Part shown: positions 48,246 to 58,253 of the stretch, piece by piece
Layout of the letters: each line of letters begins with the position of its first letter
Position numbering within the stretch: the first letter of the stretch is position 1
Source of the DNA: Candidatus Woesearchaeota archaeon
GTDB taxonomy: Archaea > Nanobdellota > Nanobdellia > SCGC-AAA011-G17 > UBA489
DNA: 64,000 nt
Assembly: GCA_964367375.1 (NCBI GenBank)
Contig: CAYIXG010000001.1
Span: 148,254-212,253, forward strand
Direction: 5' to 3'
Position numbers and translations under genes: made by a program
Notes under the pieces: model-generated
The model's input: only the letters and a program-made list of their open reading frames with translations
Told to the model about the DNA's origin: nothing
Databases searched by the model: none

Positions 48246-50171
48246 ATGGAAGCTCCTATACATCCATCGGAAGAAGAAAGATCTGGATTGTTAGCAAGAC
48301 TCAGAAACACAGGGAAGAAACTGTGGGAAAACGTTGAGCTGTATGTGGAGCAAAGAAGGCGGAAGCAAAAAGAGATGCGATTTCAAAGAGGAAGGGTAGA
48401 TTACGCATTATCATCCCTTGCAAATAGGATGCGAGTTGCAGTGTGGAACCATCCCACATTATTTACCTTAGCCACTGCAGTAACTACTGCGTTTACAAGA
48501 AAAGAGACAAATGATGAACAGATAGGCGTTGCTTTAGCATACGCTGTAGGTGCAGATTGTTTAAAATATATTATTAACAGAAATGTGCAAAAGGAGTCAA
48601 GAACTGCTGCAGAAAAAACTAATTTAGCAAAAATTATGGAGGTTGAATACTTAAACGAAATAATTCACCTTGTAAGAGAATATTACGGCCACAGAGGAGA
48701 AGTAGTGAGCATTGAGGAAGATACAGGGAAGCAGGATGGCACAGGTATTTTCAAGAGTGGCTATTCATCAAAAGTGCGGTTTAGATTTGCCGATGGAAAT
48801 ACTGCAGAAGTGTTCTATAAATATTCAGAAAAGCACGATCCAGGAAATGTAACAGCGGAGCGTGAAGGACGTTTCACAAATCTTTTACACGCTGCAGGGT
48901 TTGAATTTGTTCCACACGTGTTTATTCCATTTATGTCTAATTCAAGATTCATTAGATGGCTGAGAGGGGGCTGGAGCGATGAAGTGGAAGAAAAAGCTTC
49001 GCAACCAAATAGGGGTGTAGTATACGAATACATTGATGGAGAGACATTAGAAATGCGAGTTCGGGGAGAACACTCAAATGTTGATCAAAGAAAAATAATT
49101 CCTACAGCTACCGTATGCGAAACGTTTAGGCAGTTAGGGCAATTATACATGTTTGCAGGACAAGATAATGTGATTGGAGAGAAAGGGTTGTTTGGAGCAA
49201 GAGATGATGTTCCTCTTGAAGAGTACAGGTTCCACCATTCGCTTGTTTCTAAATTAGAAGGGGTTGGAGAAAAAGATTTTGCAAGAAGATTGAGGTTGGC
49301 GCATTTGCATACATTTAATGGTATTCCACTCACGATAGTACACGGTGATTTGCATCAAGGCAACATCATTGAAACCAGAAAAGGAAGTGTAAAGATTATT
49401 GACTGGGATAATGCAGCATTTGGCGTTCCATATGAAGATTTCTTCCATTTCGCAGTCATTTCCGATTTTGAAAGGAGCACGGATTTTGAAAAAGAAAGAA
49501 CTGCATTTGTGAAAGCGCAAGAAAAACAAGGAATTCACCTTTCTGAAGAACACTTAAAATTAATAGAGTTTGAGACATATCTGAGTTTATTCGCTCGATA
49601 TCAGCATGCGATAGTGAATGAAGAGATAAATGAAGAGTTTTGGGAGAACATGCATACTTCATGTAGGTATCTCTTAGAAGGTGCAAGAAAGTCAGTAACG
49701 CAATATGCGGATCTCACGGGAAATAGAGAATTAGCAGATAATTTTGAAAAGTTTGCTGAGAAAACTTTAGTAGAATCTATCACATCTTATAACCCATTAG
49801 CAAGCATTGCGTATGCGCACCGAGTGAATGCAAATGAAAGAAAGCTTGACAAAAGAGAAGCTGCGGTGGTAAACTTCACACGACACGCAGCCAGATTGGA
49901 AACAAGTTTACGCGCTGATCAAACATTGCGTGCAGTAGGAAGATTCGTGAAAGCAGGATTTGATATTGGATTACATTATGGCGCATATCACTTAATCAAA
50001 ACATGGGCTGAGTTGAATGCTGCAGGAAATTTGGATGGAGATGATATGAGTTTCACGACAAGGACTGTAGCAACACTAGGAGCTTTAGGAGTGTATGATT
50101 ATTTCTTCACTCCAATTCCTCGATGGATAAAGGCAGGTGTGCAGCGAGTATTCGGGAGAGAGGAGCATTAA
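48246..50171 (+). CDS. APH/choline-kinase-fold phosphotransferase with hydrophobic termini
   Basis: VFYK (ATP-binding Lys), VYEYIDG, HGDLHQGNI, IIDWDNA. Confidence 0.8.
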   Translation: MEAPIHPSEEERSGLLARLRNTGKKLWENVELYVEQRRRKQKEMRFQRGRVDYALSSLANRMRVAVWNHPTLFTLATAVTTAFTRKETNDEQIGVALAYAVGADCLKYIINRNVQKESRTAAEKTNLAKIMEVEYLNEIIHLVREYYGHRGEVVSIEEDTGKQDGTGIFKSGYSSKVRFRFADGNTAEVFYKYSEKHDPGNVTAEREGRFTNLLHAAGFEFVPHVFIPFMSNSRFIRWLRGGWSDEVEEKASQPNRGVVYEYIDGETLEMRVRGEHSNVDQRKIIPTATVCETFRQLGQLYMFAGQDNVIGEKGLFGARDDVPLEEYRFHHSLVSKLEGVGEKDFARRLRLAHLHTFNGIPLTIVHGDLHQGNIIETRKGSVKIIDWDNAAFGVPYEDFFHFAVISDFERSTDFEKERTAFVKAQEKQGIHLSEEHLKLIEFETYLSLFARYQHAIVNEEINEEFWENMHTSCRYLLEGARKSVTQYADLTGNRELADNFEKFAEKTLVESITSYNPLASIAYAHRVNANERKLDKREAAVVNFTRHAARLETSLRADQTLRAVGRFVKAGFDIGLHYGAYHLIKTWAELNAAGNLDGDDMSFTTRTVATLGALGVYDYFFTPIPRWIKAGVQRVFGREEH

Positions 50172-52067
50172 ATGACAAGAAGAAGACACACGTGGGCAGA
50201 TGAGCTGGGTGAAGAAAAAAAGAATCTGGTTCTTGATACTCTTTTATCAAAAATAGGAAGTGCTTCAAGAAAGTTTCATGAAGGACGATTTACCTTCACT
50301 ACAATAGGAGCAACATTGGGTGGATTAGATACGTTACTTTCTGGAGAGCTTGATTGGAAAGGTTTGGCATGGTTATTGGGTGGTGGATTAGCTTTCGATG
50401 CGTTAAAGGCAGGTGTTTATTACGTGAGAAACCAAGGGCAGATCAAAAAAATTAGAAACGAAAAAACAACAATTGGAAGGGTGATGGGCTCTGATTATTT
50501 AGAAGCGCTCATCACGAACATTCGAGAGTATGGATGTGCGCGAGGGGAGTGTGTGGCAATTGAAGAGCAGGTAAGCAACACAGAAGGTACAAACTTGCAC
50601 AGGGAGGGTTATACAATCTCGCTTATGTTCACGTTCGCAGATGGAACGCAAGTGCCAGCTTTTTTCAAGTACAACTACAGGCAGGGCAATGATGAGCATC
50701 CAGAGAATAATGGAAGAATAACGAGATTTTTGAGTGACAGAGGTCATTCGTTTGTGCCAAAAGTATTGAGTCCTGATATAGATGTATTAATGCAAGAACA
50801 GTTGTTTACTCTTGATAGGGAAAGAGGAACTGCTTCTCCAATAGAAGGTACAACAAACCGAGGATTGGTGTATGAATGGGTCAACGGTGCAAACTTGGAA
50901 TGGTTATTATACACGGAAAAAAATGTTGTGGTGAAAGGGAGCTTCAGGCAGAATACATTAAGTGTGAATGATATTCCTGTGGATGCACTTTTTGAGAATA
51001 TGTGGGAGGTGTATGAAGATGACTTGCGAGGATTTTTTTTACCTGCGAAAACAAGAACGTTTCACAATAGTTTAGTTGCAAAAATACAGCAAGCTTCACC
51101 AGAATTTGCATCTATAGTAGATAAGGTGCATAAAGAAACGATTACAGATGATGCATTGCTGTTGAAAGCGAGAATAATTCATGGTGATTTGCATCAAGGC
51201 AACATCATGGTAAATACAGGAGAAGTCATGACACACGGAATGTTTGGAACGCAGTTCACCGCAGCAGGGATTAAAGTATTTGATTGGGACAATGCGGAGA
51301 TTGGCATTCCTTATCAGGATTTCTTCCATTTTGCAGTTATTTCAGATTTTGAGAGAAGTGATGCATTTCCTGAAGCAAGAGCTAAATTCTTAAAAAAGCA
51401 GAAGAAAGTACTTCCTGGAGTGACTGAGGCGCAGACGAGATTGATCGAATTTGAAACCTATGTAAGTTTGCTCATGCGATATCATGCAGCAGTCGCAGAA
51501 AAAACGCTGAAGCCAGAGTTTGAGCAGAACATATTGACCTCATGCAGGTATTTGCTTGAGAAATCAAGAGCTGCAGTAGATGCGTTTGCTGCGACAACTG
51601 GAAATGATGGCATACGCACTGCATACGATCAATTTGTCAGGGAAAATCTGAGTGAAGTGGAAGCAACGCCATTTGATCAAAGTGCGAGCGTTGGCTATGC
51701 GCACACAGTTAATCATAAAGAGCGACGGATTAAAAATGGAGATTCATTAGCAGATGTGGTGCGGAAGAATCAGCAGGTCCATCAAAGAAGAATAGAGAGA
51801 AGAGTCAAGCAGACAAACCTTTATGGAAATATGCTATGGTTTGCAGCTGCATTAAACACGGCAGTCTACGCATATATAATGGGAGCGACATATGTTGGCA
51901 TGCAGGCAGGAAAGGTAAGTCAGGAGCACTTTTCTGAGGCTGCAGTGGATGGTGGGAAAGGTCTTCTTGCTATTTATGGATTGGCGTTACTTGGAAACAA
52001 CATTGATAGAATAGTAAGATGTGGGAAGCGAATGTATCACTGGTTTGCAGGGCAACGCAAATCATAG
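50172..52067 (+). CDS. APH/choline-kinase-fold phosphotransferase, tandem paralog
   Basis: AFFK, VYEWVNG, HGDLHQGNI, VFDWDNA, shared PY.DFFHFAVISDFERS and LIEFETY. Confidence 0.8.
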   Translation: MTRRRHTWADELGEEKKNLVLDTLLSKIGSASRKFHEGRFTFTTIGATLGGLDTLLSGELDWKGLAWLLGGGLAFDALKAGVYYVRNQGQIKKIRNEKTTIGRVMGSDYLEALITNIREYGCARGECVAIEEQVSNTEGTNLHREGYTISLMFTFADGTQVPAFFKYNYRQGNDEHPENNGRITRFLSDRGHSFVPKVLSPDIDVLMQEQLFTLDRERGTASPIEGTTNRGLVYEWVNGANLEWLLYTEKNVVVKGSFRQNTLSVNDIPVDALFENMWEVYEDDLRGFFLPAKTRTFHNSLVAKIQQASPEFASIVDKVHKETITDDALLLKARIIHGDLHQGNIMVNTGEVMTHGMFGTQFTAAGIKVFDWDNAEIGIPYQDFFHFAVISDFERSDAFPEARAKFLKKQKKVLPGVTEAQTRLIEFETYVSLLMRYHAAVAEKTLKPEFEQNILTSCRYLLEKSRAAVDAFAATTGNDGIRTAYDQFVRENLSEVEATPFDQSASVGYAHTVNHKERRIKNGDSLADVVRKNQQVHQRRIERRVKQTNLYGNMLWFAAALNTAVYAYIMGATYVGMQAGKVSQEHFSEAAVDGGKGLLAIYGLALLGNNIDRIVRCGKRMYHWFAGQRKS

Positions 52068-52117
52068 TGTGAAAGGTTTCAATAAAAGAAGAATTCTAAA
52101 CAGGAGTTATAAGCAAT

Positions 52118-53077
52118 ATGGTCATCATTTATCGTGGTAAAATTGAGGAAGTTGCACGAGAGTTGCAGAAGCATAAAGATGTGTTAGATGCGCAGTATGT
52201 GAAGATTCTCGGCAGTGAACGTGCGAAGAAGGTAGCAATAGGAGCAGAGAGATTGCTTCCTTCAGAAAGCTTTTTTGACACTCCAGAACAAGTAAAACAA
52301 GCAACTGGTGCTAATATTGAAGCGAATACACCGAATAAGATGTTGTTGGCGAGCGACACAAATATGGTGATTGGGGAAGATGGAAGAATAAGCAATAGAA
52401 AAATAAGGACTGCACCCGGATTTTATATTTCAGCAGCAGGGTTTGAACATTCTGGTTCTAAGCAGTTTACAGAGAATCCTCTAGCATCATATGTGCATGA
52501 GTTTGATCATTTTATATGGTATGCATTGCAAGAGAAGCCGTTTGCATTAATAAACATGGCTTTAGATGAAGCGTTGCAACCAAAACGAAAACCGCTTCAT
52601 CTTCCGAATTATGTTGAAGAACTGTTAGCAGCTCACCTTTCACAGGAAGAAATGTTACGGCGATTAGTCTTAGCAGTGTTTTCTGAGATAACTGAGGATG
52701 CGCATGAAAAATCAAATAGGATACTTGATCAATGGGTGTTAAGGTCAATAGGAGTGAACGTGCCTCTCGACTGGCGGGGAAAGGAAAAGGAGTATGCAGG
52801 ATTTCAGCTTCCAACAGGGCAGATCATCGGTTTGCCGGTTGGTGGAGATCAATTTAAAGGATTCAAGGATGAAGAGGTGCTTGAACGAATGATTAAATGG
52901 CAGGATCATTTTGCACCATCTCTTTCTGCGTATCGGTTTGGAGATAGAAGAGGCGTTTCTGGCAGCCCTCCCTATCTGCACAATCTTATTGAATCCTTCG
53001 GGAGCGTGAAGATATCTCGCGTGTCGCTTGTAGAGTTAAAAAGGTTATCCGCAAGAAAAAAGAAGCGGAGGGATTAG
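52118..53077 (+). CDS. Hypothetical protein with HExxH zincin motif
   Basis: SYVHEFDHFIW with a downstream Glu-rich helix (EITEDAHE). Confidence 0.65.
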   Translation: MVIIYRGKIEEVARELQKHKDVLDAQYVKILGSERAKKVAIGAERLLPSESFFDTPEQVKQATGANIEANTPNKMLLASDTNMVIGEDGRISNRKIRTAPGFYISAAGFEHSGSKQFTENPLASYVHEFDHFIWYALQEKPFALINMALDEALQPKRKPLHLPNYVEELLAAHLSQEEMLRRLVLAVFSEITEDAHEKSNRILDQWVLRSIGVNVPLDWRGKEKEYAGFQLPTGQIIGLPVGGDQFKGFKDEEVLERMIKWQDHFAPSLSAYRFGDRRGVSGSPPYLHNLIESFGSVKISRVSLVELKRLSARKKKRRD

Positions 53078-53141
53078 TAAATGTGGTTTATACATATTGG
53101 ATAATAGTAATCTATTAAAACTGGTTCTTGTTCCTCTCGGA

Positions 53142-54872
53142 ATGCACCAACCAGCGCAAAAAACGAAGTATATAGTTGTTCTCGGTGGAGTGTTATCAGG
53201 CGTTGGGAAAGGTGTTGCAACGGCTTCTATTGGAAAGATTTTGAAGGAATACGGCTTGTCAGTCACTGCAATGAAGATTGATCCGTATCTGAATTTGAAT
53301 GCTGGCACCTTAAGACCTACAGAGCATGGGGAAGTCTGGGTGACTGATGATGGCGGTGAGATTGATCAGGATCTTGGCAATTATGAACGATTTCTCGGGG
53401 TTGACATTCCGAAGAAGAATTGTATCACCTCTGGGCAGATTTACAAGACAATTATTGATAAGGAGATTGCTGGCGGGTATCTAGGAAAGACAGTGCAGTT
53501 TATTCCGCACGTGCCGGATGAGGTGAAGCGCAGGATAAATGATGCTGCCGATGGATTTGAGGTGTGCTTGATTGAAGTTGGCGGAACAGTGGGCGATTAC
53601 GAGAACATTCCCTTTTTGTTTGCGGTAAAAAGTTTGGAGCGAGAGTTAGGAAAGGAAAACATGATGTATGTGCTTGTGTCTTATTTGCCTGTGCCATCTC
53701 ATGTGGGTGAGATGAAAACCAAGCCAACACAAATGGCAGTGAAGTTGTTGTCTGAGCAGGGTATTTTCCCTGATTTTATTTTGTGCCGTGCGGCAAAGCC
53801 GTTAGATGAGATACGGAGGAAGAAGATCGAGCAGTATGCAAACATTCCTGCAGAGCATGTCATTTCTGCTCCGGATGTGGATACTATTTATTCCATTCCA
53901 TTAAATTTTGAGAAGGAAAATCTGGGTGAGAAGATTATGAATCAGTTGAAGGTAACGCCAAAAAAGAAGCTGTCGTGGGATAAGTGGAAGGTGCTTGTGG
54001 ATATTTTGAGGAGCGCGCAGAAGAAGGTGCATATTGCGATGATCGGGAAATATGTGGAGAGTGGTGATTTTGTACTTTCTGATTCATACATTTCTGTGAA
54101 TGAATCATTGAAGCACGCTGCTGCAGCAATTGGGATGGGCATCACAATTTCCTGGGTGGATGCAAAGGCATTGGAGCAAGAAGAGGATATCAACCAAATG
54201 CTTGAAAAGTTTGATGGGATTGTTGTTCCTGGAGGATTTGGAGCGACAGGCGTTGAGGGGAAAATAAATGCAATTCAGTATGCACGGGAGCACAAAGTGC
54301 CCTATTTGGGGTTGTGTTATGGGATGCAGCTTGCGGTTGTTGAATTTGCGAGAAATGTGTGTAATTTGAAAGATGCGCACACAACAGAAATTAGTAAAGG
54401 CTGTGCATCTCCGGTGATTGACCTTCTTCCGGAGCAGCAGCAGGTGAAGGAGATGAGTGGCACGATGCGTCTGGGTGCGTTTGCTGCTGTGTTGAAGGAA
54501 GGCACGCAAATTGCGCGTCTGTATCAAGAGACGAAACGTGTGGAGAAAGATCAGGTGCGGTTAGAAACGCTTCGCGAGAATGGTGAAACATTGAGATTAG
54601 GGAAACTTCCAGAAAAAGGGATAGTGATCTTAGAAAGGCACAGGCATCGGTTTGAGCAAAATCCGAAGTTTGTCAAGGCATTGGAAGATAAGGGTATGGT
54701 TTTTTCTGGCTATCACGAGCGTCAGGATGGCACAAGATTGATGGAGTTTATTGAGCTTCCCGGACAAACCTTTTTGGGAACGCAAGCGCATCCGGAGTTC
54801 AAGTCGCGGTTGGAAGATCCATCGCCGTTATTTCTGGGATTTGTGGAGGCTGCTGCCAAGCAGAAAGCTTAA
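53142..54872 (+). CDS. pyrG: CTP synthase
   Basis: GGVLSGVGKG, KIDPYLN, HGEV.VTDDG.E.D.DLGNYERF, GLCYGMQ, ERHRHR, QAHPEF. Confidence 0.97.
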   Translation: MHQPAQKTKYIVVLGGVLSGVGKGVATASIGKILKEYGLSVTAMKIDPYLNLNAGTLRPTEHGEVWVTDDGGEIDQDLGNYERFLGVDIPKKNCITSGQIYKTIIDKEIAGGYLGKTVQFIPHVPDEVKRRINDAADGFEVCLIEVGGTVGDYENIPFLFAVKSLERELGKENMMYVLVSYLPVPSHVGEMKTKPTQMAVKLLSEQGIFPDFILCRAAKPLDEIRRKKIEQYANIPAEHVISAPDVDTIYSIPLNFEKENLGEKIMNQLKVTPKKKLSWDKWKVLVDILRSAQKKVHIAMIGKYVESGDFVLSDSYISVNESLKHAAAAIGMGITISWVDAKALEQEEDINQMLEKFDGIVVPGGFGATGVEGKINAIQYAREHKVPYLGLCYGMQLAVVEFARNVCNLKDAHTTEISKGCASPVIDLLPEQQQVKEMSGTMRLGAFAAVLKEGTQIARLYQETKRVEKDQVRLETLRENGETLRLGKLPEKGIVILERHRHRFEQNPKFVKALEDKGMVFSGYHERQDGTRLMEFIELPGQTFLGTQAHPEFKSRLEDPSPLFLGFVEAAAKQKA

Positions 54873-54898
54873 AAAGAGGTCATGAAGCATTTGAGAAT

Positions 54899-55258
54899 AT
54901 GTCACCATCAGAGCAGATTATTTATGAAGTAACAAATGGAGCAGTTCCTCCTTTGTACGAGCCGCGAAATCTGGAGCGTGTTGTTTTAAGCCAAAATGGA
55001 TGGCCTAATCAGGATGGGTTTTCGAGTGATAGAAGAGGAGCATTGATATGGGCGCATCGTGAAGGAGGAGTCACGATGCTTGGGTTTCATTTGTGTGGTG
55101 TGTCCTTGCAATATGTGCATCGTCCGCATAATGGAAGTGCATCTGTGTTGTTCAAAGCGATTGGTGAGCCTGAGTACATAGATCCTGTTGTGAACAGGTT
55201 TAGAGTGTTGGAAGAGACGTTTGTGGATCTTCCAGTAATGAAAAAGGCACGAGCATAA
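54899..55258 (+). CDS. Hypothetical protein
   Basis: 119 aa ORF filling the gap between pyrG and dut; no family recognised. Confidence 0.55.
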   Translation: MSPSEQIIYEVTNGAVPPLYEPRNLERVVLSQNGWPNQDGFSSDRRGALIWAHREGGVTMLGFHLCGVSLQYVHRPHNGSASVLFKAIGEPEYIDPVVNRFRVLEETFVDLPVMKKARA

Positions 55259-55687
55259 TCATCCGGTGCTGCCAAATCCGCCGCGTGTTTTTTTTGTGAT
55301 TTCATCCACTTCTTCAAAGTCAACTTTGGTTATCTTGACGAAAACTGCTTGCGCGATGCGTTCTCCTTTTTCGATGATGACGGGCTGGTCTGCGAAGTTG
55401 TATACTTGCAGTTGTAAAACATCGTCTGGGCCGCAGTAATCCTGGTCGATGATGCCAATGCCATGAGGAATGAGCAGGTTTTTCTTTCGGGGTGTGGAGG
55501 ATCTGGGAACAAGCACAAGCATATGATCTGGTGGTGTTTCAATGATGGTGTTTAAGGGAACAAGGGCAACTGTTTTAGGAGGAATAATTACTTCTTTCCC
55601 GCTCGTGAGGTCAAATGCTGCCGCTCCTTTTGTGTGGTATTGGGGTAAAGGAATGGTTTTGTCGATGCGTTTAATGGCGGCTTTCAT
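55259..55687 (-). CDS. dut: dUTP diphosphatase (trimeric)
   Basis: AAAFDL, PRSS, GIIDQDYCG, GERIAQ, RGGFGSTG. Confidence 0.95.
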   Translation of the reverse strand: MKAAIKRIDKTIPLPQYHTKGAAAFDLTSGKEVIIPPKTVALVPLNTIIETPPDHMLVLVPRSSTPRKKNLLIPHGIGIIDQDYCGPDDVLQLQVYNFADQPVIIEKGERIAQAVFVKITKVDFEEVDEITKKTRGGFGSTG

Positions 55688-55853
55688 GGATATCAATTGA
55701 AGTGTGAAGAATAATAAATTTTGAATTGAAGTTTATAAAGATTATGGGAATGAAAGAGTGGCAATAAATATATGCACTTTGTTGGTCGTGTTGGAAATGA
55801 TATAATTACAAAGAAGATGTGTTTAAATAGGTAAGAAAGGTGATAGAAAAAAG

Positions 55854-57605
55854 ATGCCGTTAAAAAATTTTTCTGAGGAAGAAGCAGAGAAGATTCGCGC
55901 GTTTTTGTTTACCAATCCTCATGGAGACACGAGTTTTGTGTATCCACAGCAATTAGTTGCAGGGGAAGAGCTTTCTCCATTAATGGCTGCGTATTCGCGC
56001 ACGCATATTCCTTTTCAAGACAGAGTATTGCAATTTCTTGATGTTGAGAAGCCTGAGCAAACGCGGGGTTTTCTTCCCTTCATTGATCCGCTGGTGCAGC
56101 TGTTTCGGAATGCTGATGGGTCGCTTGTTGTCTCTCGGAAGACGCGGGGGTTTAATGAGGAGTGGGTGTTGAAGCATGGGCATAGTTCAATTAAGGAGGA
56201 GACTGCCTTGTTTGGATATTGTGAAGATGTTTCTGACATCACAGGGAAGCAAATCACCGGCCATCCATTAATAAAGCCGCAGGTGAAGTCAACGCGCTAT
56301 CTTTCCTATGGGAAAGTGTTGGAGCGTTCGCTTGATGATCCAGACATACGTTCTTTACCGAATGCAGATCGTATTCTTGAGCACATTGTTTTTCTGAATA
56401 AAAGATATCTTGAAGTTGCAGAGCAGCTTGCAACATTGGTGTGGGAGCATGCAGATACGAGAGAAGCAGTTGCGTTTCTCAGAAGTCCAGCAGTGGTAGA
56501 AAGGGAAGTGAGGCGGCGTTTTGAAAAAGCAGGAAAAAGTAACCCTTCAGAAGAAGAATGGAAAAAAGAATATAGATCTGTAGAGAAAGGGGTAGCTGAT
56601 GAGGGAATAAGGAAGGATGTTGCAAAAGGCGTTCTTGATGATGCGCGGGTGTATCTTCCTGCAGTGACACGAACGTCTATCGGATTCTCTGTTGATGCGA
56701 GAACCTTAGAAGATGTTATCATAAATCTTATTTCAAGTGAAAGACAGGAAGATCAAGAAAGAGGAAATGTGCTCTGGAGAGAGGCGAGAAAGATAGCTCC
56801 AGTGCTTCTTGGAGAGAGAAGTCATGTGAAAAGGGATGAGTGGAGAAGGGCAACAGAGAAGGAGCTGAGGGTGTATGTGGAGCGTAATCTTGGCCATTGT
56901 GATAGTGAAGAGAAAAGAAGAGTGCGTTTAATCACGCCGCGAGGGATTGATATAGATTCTGATATATGGAGCGCGACGGTGGTTGCGTTCCAGTATGCTG
57001 ATGCGTCTGTGTTGGATATATATACGCTAATGACAGAGGAGCATGCTGCTGACATTCTTGAGTTGGCACATAAGCACAGATCAGATCATGATGTGCTGCA
57101 TCCTGCGATTGCGCATAGTGGGTTTATGGTTGAGTTTTTGATGGGATATCATGCGTATCGTGATGTGTTTCGTCACAGAAGAGGTTCGAGAACGAATCAG
57201 CGGTTGACAACAATGCATGGGTTTGAGGTTCCGGAAATATTCAAGGTTTTTGGGATAGATGAAAGATACAAAGAGGATATGGAGAAAGCGGCGCAGGTCT
57301 ATGAAATGGTCAGGAGACAGGCAGGGATGCAGGTTGCGGAGAAGCTCGTTCCGTTTGGAGCATTGTGTCGGTCGTTGCATTCCTGGCAGGTCAATCAGAT
57401 GGGATATGTAGGAAGGTTGAGAAGTGACATTGCAAAGGGGAATCGGTCGTATGTGGAAGTAACACGAGAGCTCATGGCTGAAGTGGGAAAAGTGCTTCCG
57501 GAGACTGCAAAATATTTGAGGTATGATACGCGAGAATATCCTTCACACCTCTGGAAGGGTGCATATGAATGGTATGATGCGACGCAACGAGGGAAGGGAA
57601 AATGA
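55854..57605 (+). CDS. thyX: FAD-dependent thymidylate synthase, two-domain (tandem) ThyX-like
   Basis: AAYSR, HGHSSI, KSTRY, DDARVYLP in the first half; YRDVFRHRR, GRLRS...SY in the second half. Confidence 0.82.
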   Translation: MPLKNFSEEEAEKIRAFLFTNPHGDTSFVYPQQLVAGEELSPLMAAYSRTHIPFQDRVLQFLDVEKPEQTRGFLPFIDPLVQLFRNADGSLVVSRKTRGFNEEWVLKHGHSSIKEETALFGYCEDVSDITGKQITGHPLIKPQVKSTRYLSYGKVLERSLDDPDIRSLPNADRILEHIVFLNKRYLEVAEQLATLVWEHADTREAVAFLRSPAVVEREVRRRFEKAGKSNPSEEEWKKEYRSVEKGVADEGIRKDVAKGVLDDARVYLPAVTRTSIGFSVDARTLEDVIINLISSERQEDQERGNVLWREARKIAPVLLGERSHVKRDEWRRATEKELRVYVERNLGHCDSEEKRRVRLITPRGIDIDSDIWSATVVAFQYADASVLDIYTLMTEEHAADILELAHKHRSDHDVLHPAIAHSGFMVEFLMGYHAYRDVFRHRRGSRTNQRLTTMHGFEVPEIFKVFGIDERYKEDMEKAAQVYEMVRRQAGMQVAEKLVPFGALCRSLHSWQVNQMGYVGRLRSDIAKGNRSYVEVTRELMAEVGKVLPETAKYLRYDTREYPSHLWKGAYEWYDATQRGKGK

Positions 57606-58252
57606 AGATAGAAATCTTGCGAAGAATTCCTTTTTCTGAATTGGAAGATATGATAAGGCGTGTGCCGTTGAAGGGAAAGACTCCTGAGGGAAAAGATATC
57701 TTGGTATATCAGCATGCGCGGATTGCGCTGAAACAGCTTGAGGCTGGTGAGGTGAATCCGACAACGTTTTATCTGGTAAGAAAGAATATGGATGTGCAAA
57801 GAGAGATACGTGCATGCTTGCGTGCAGAGCATGGCATTGACAGTCTTCAGCTTGATGGCGCGTTGGAGATTCAGAATGATCAAGGAGAGGTGTGGACATT
57901 AACGCCTCCGATTGTTGAATTCACTTCAAGGATTGTGCACTATGTTGCGCAGCAGGGGGAGAAAGAGTGTGAAAGAAATGTAAAGATTGCAATTCCTATC
58001 GTTAATGATGGTGCGCATCGGGTTGCGCTCGCAAGGGATTTAGGAGTTCCTTTTAATGCAGTGGTTATTTCTGGCGCATTGGAGGCATTTCTCTTTTATG
58101 CGCATCCGAATGCGTGGGATGAAGTGCGTTTAGTTGATGCAGTTCCTGCACAAAGAGAGGAGAAGAAGTTATACATAAGAGACGACTGTTATTTCTTGTA
58201 TCGTGATTTTGGTGTATTGGGATGCGGAGCTCCGCGGAGTCCTCACAAATAA
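57602..58252 (+). CDS. ParB/sulfiredoxin-like fold protein of unknown function
   Basis: PPIVE...IVNDGAHRVALA resembles the PI.V...DG.HR motif; start overlaps the thyX stop. Confidence 0.6.
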   Translation: MKIEILRRIPFSELEDMIRRVPLKGKTPEGKDILVYQHARIALKQLEAGEVNPTTFYLVRKNMDVQREIRACLRAEHGIDSLQLDGALEIQNDQGEVWTLTPPIVEFTSRIVHYVAQQGEKECERNVKIAIPIVNDGAHRVALARDLGVPFNAVVISGALEAFLFYAHPNAWDEVRLVDAVPAQREEKKLYIRDDCYFLYRDFGVLGCGAPRSPHK

Positions 58253-58253
58253 A

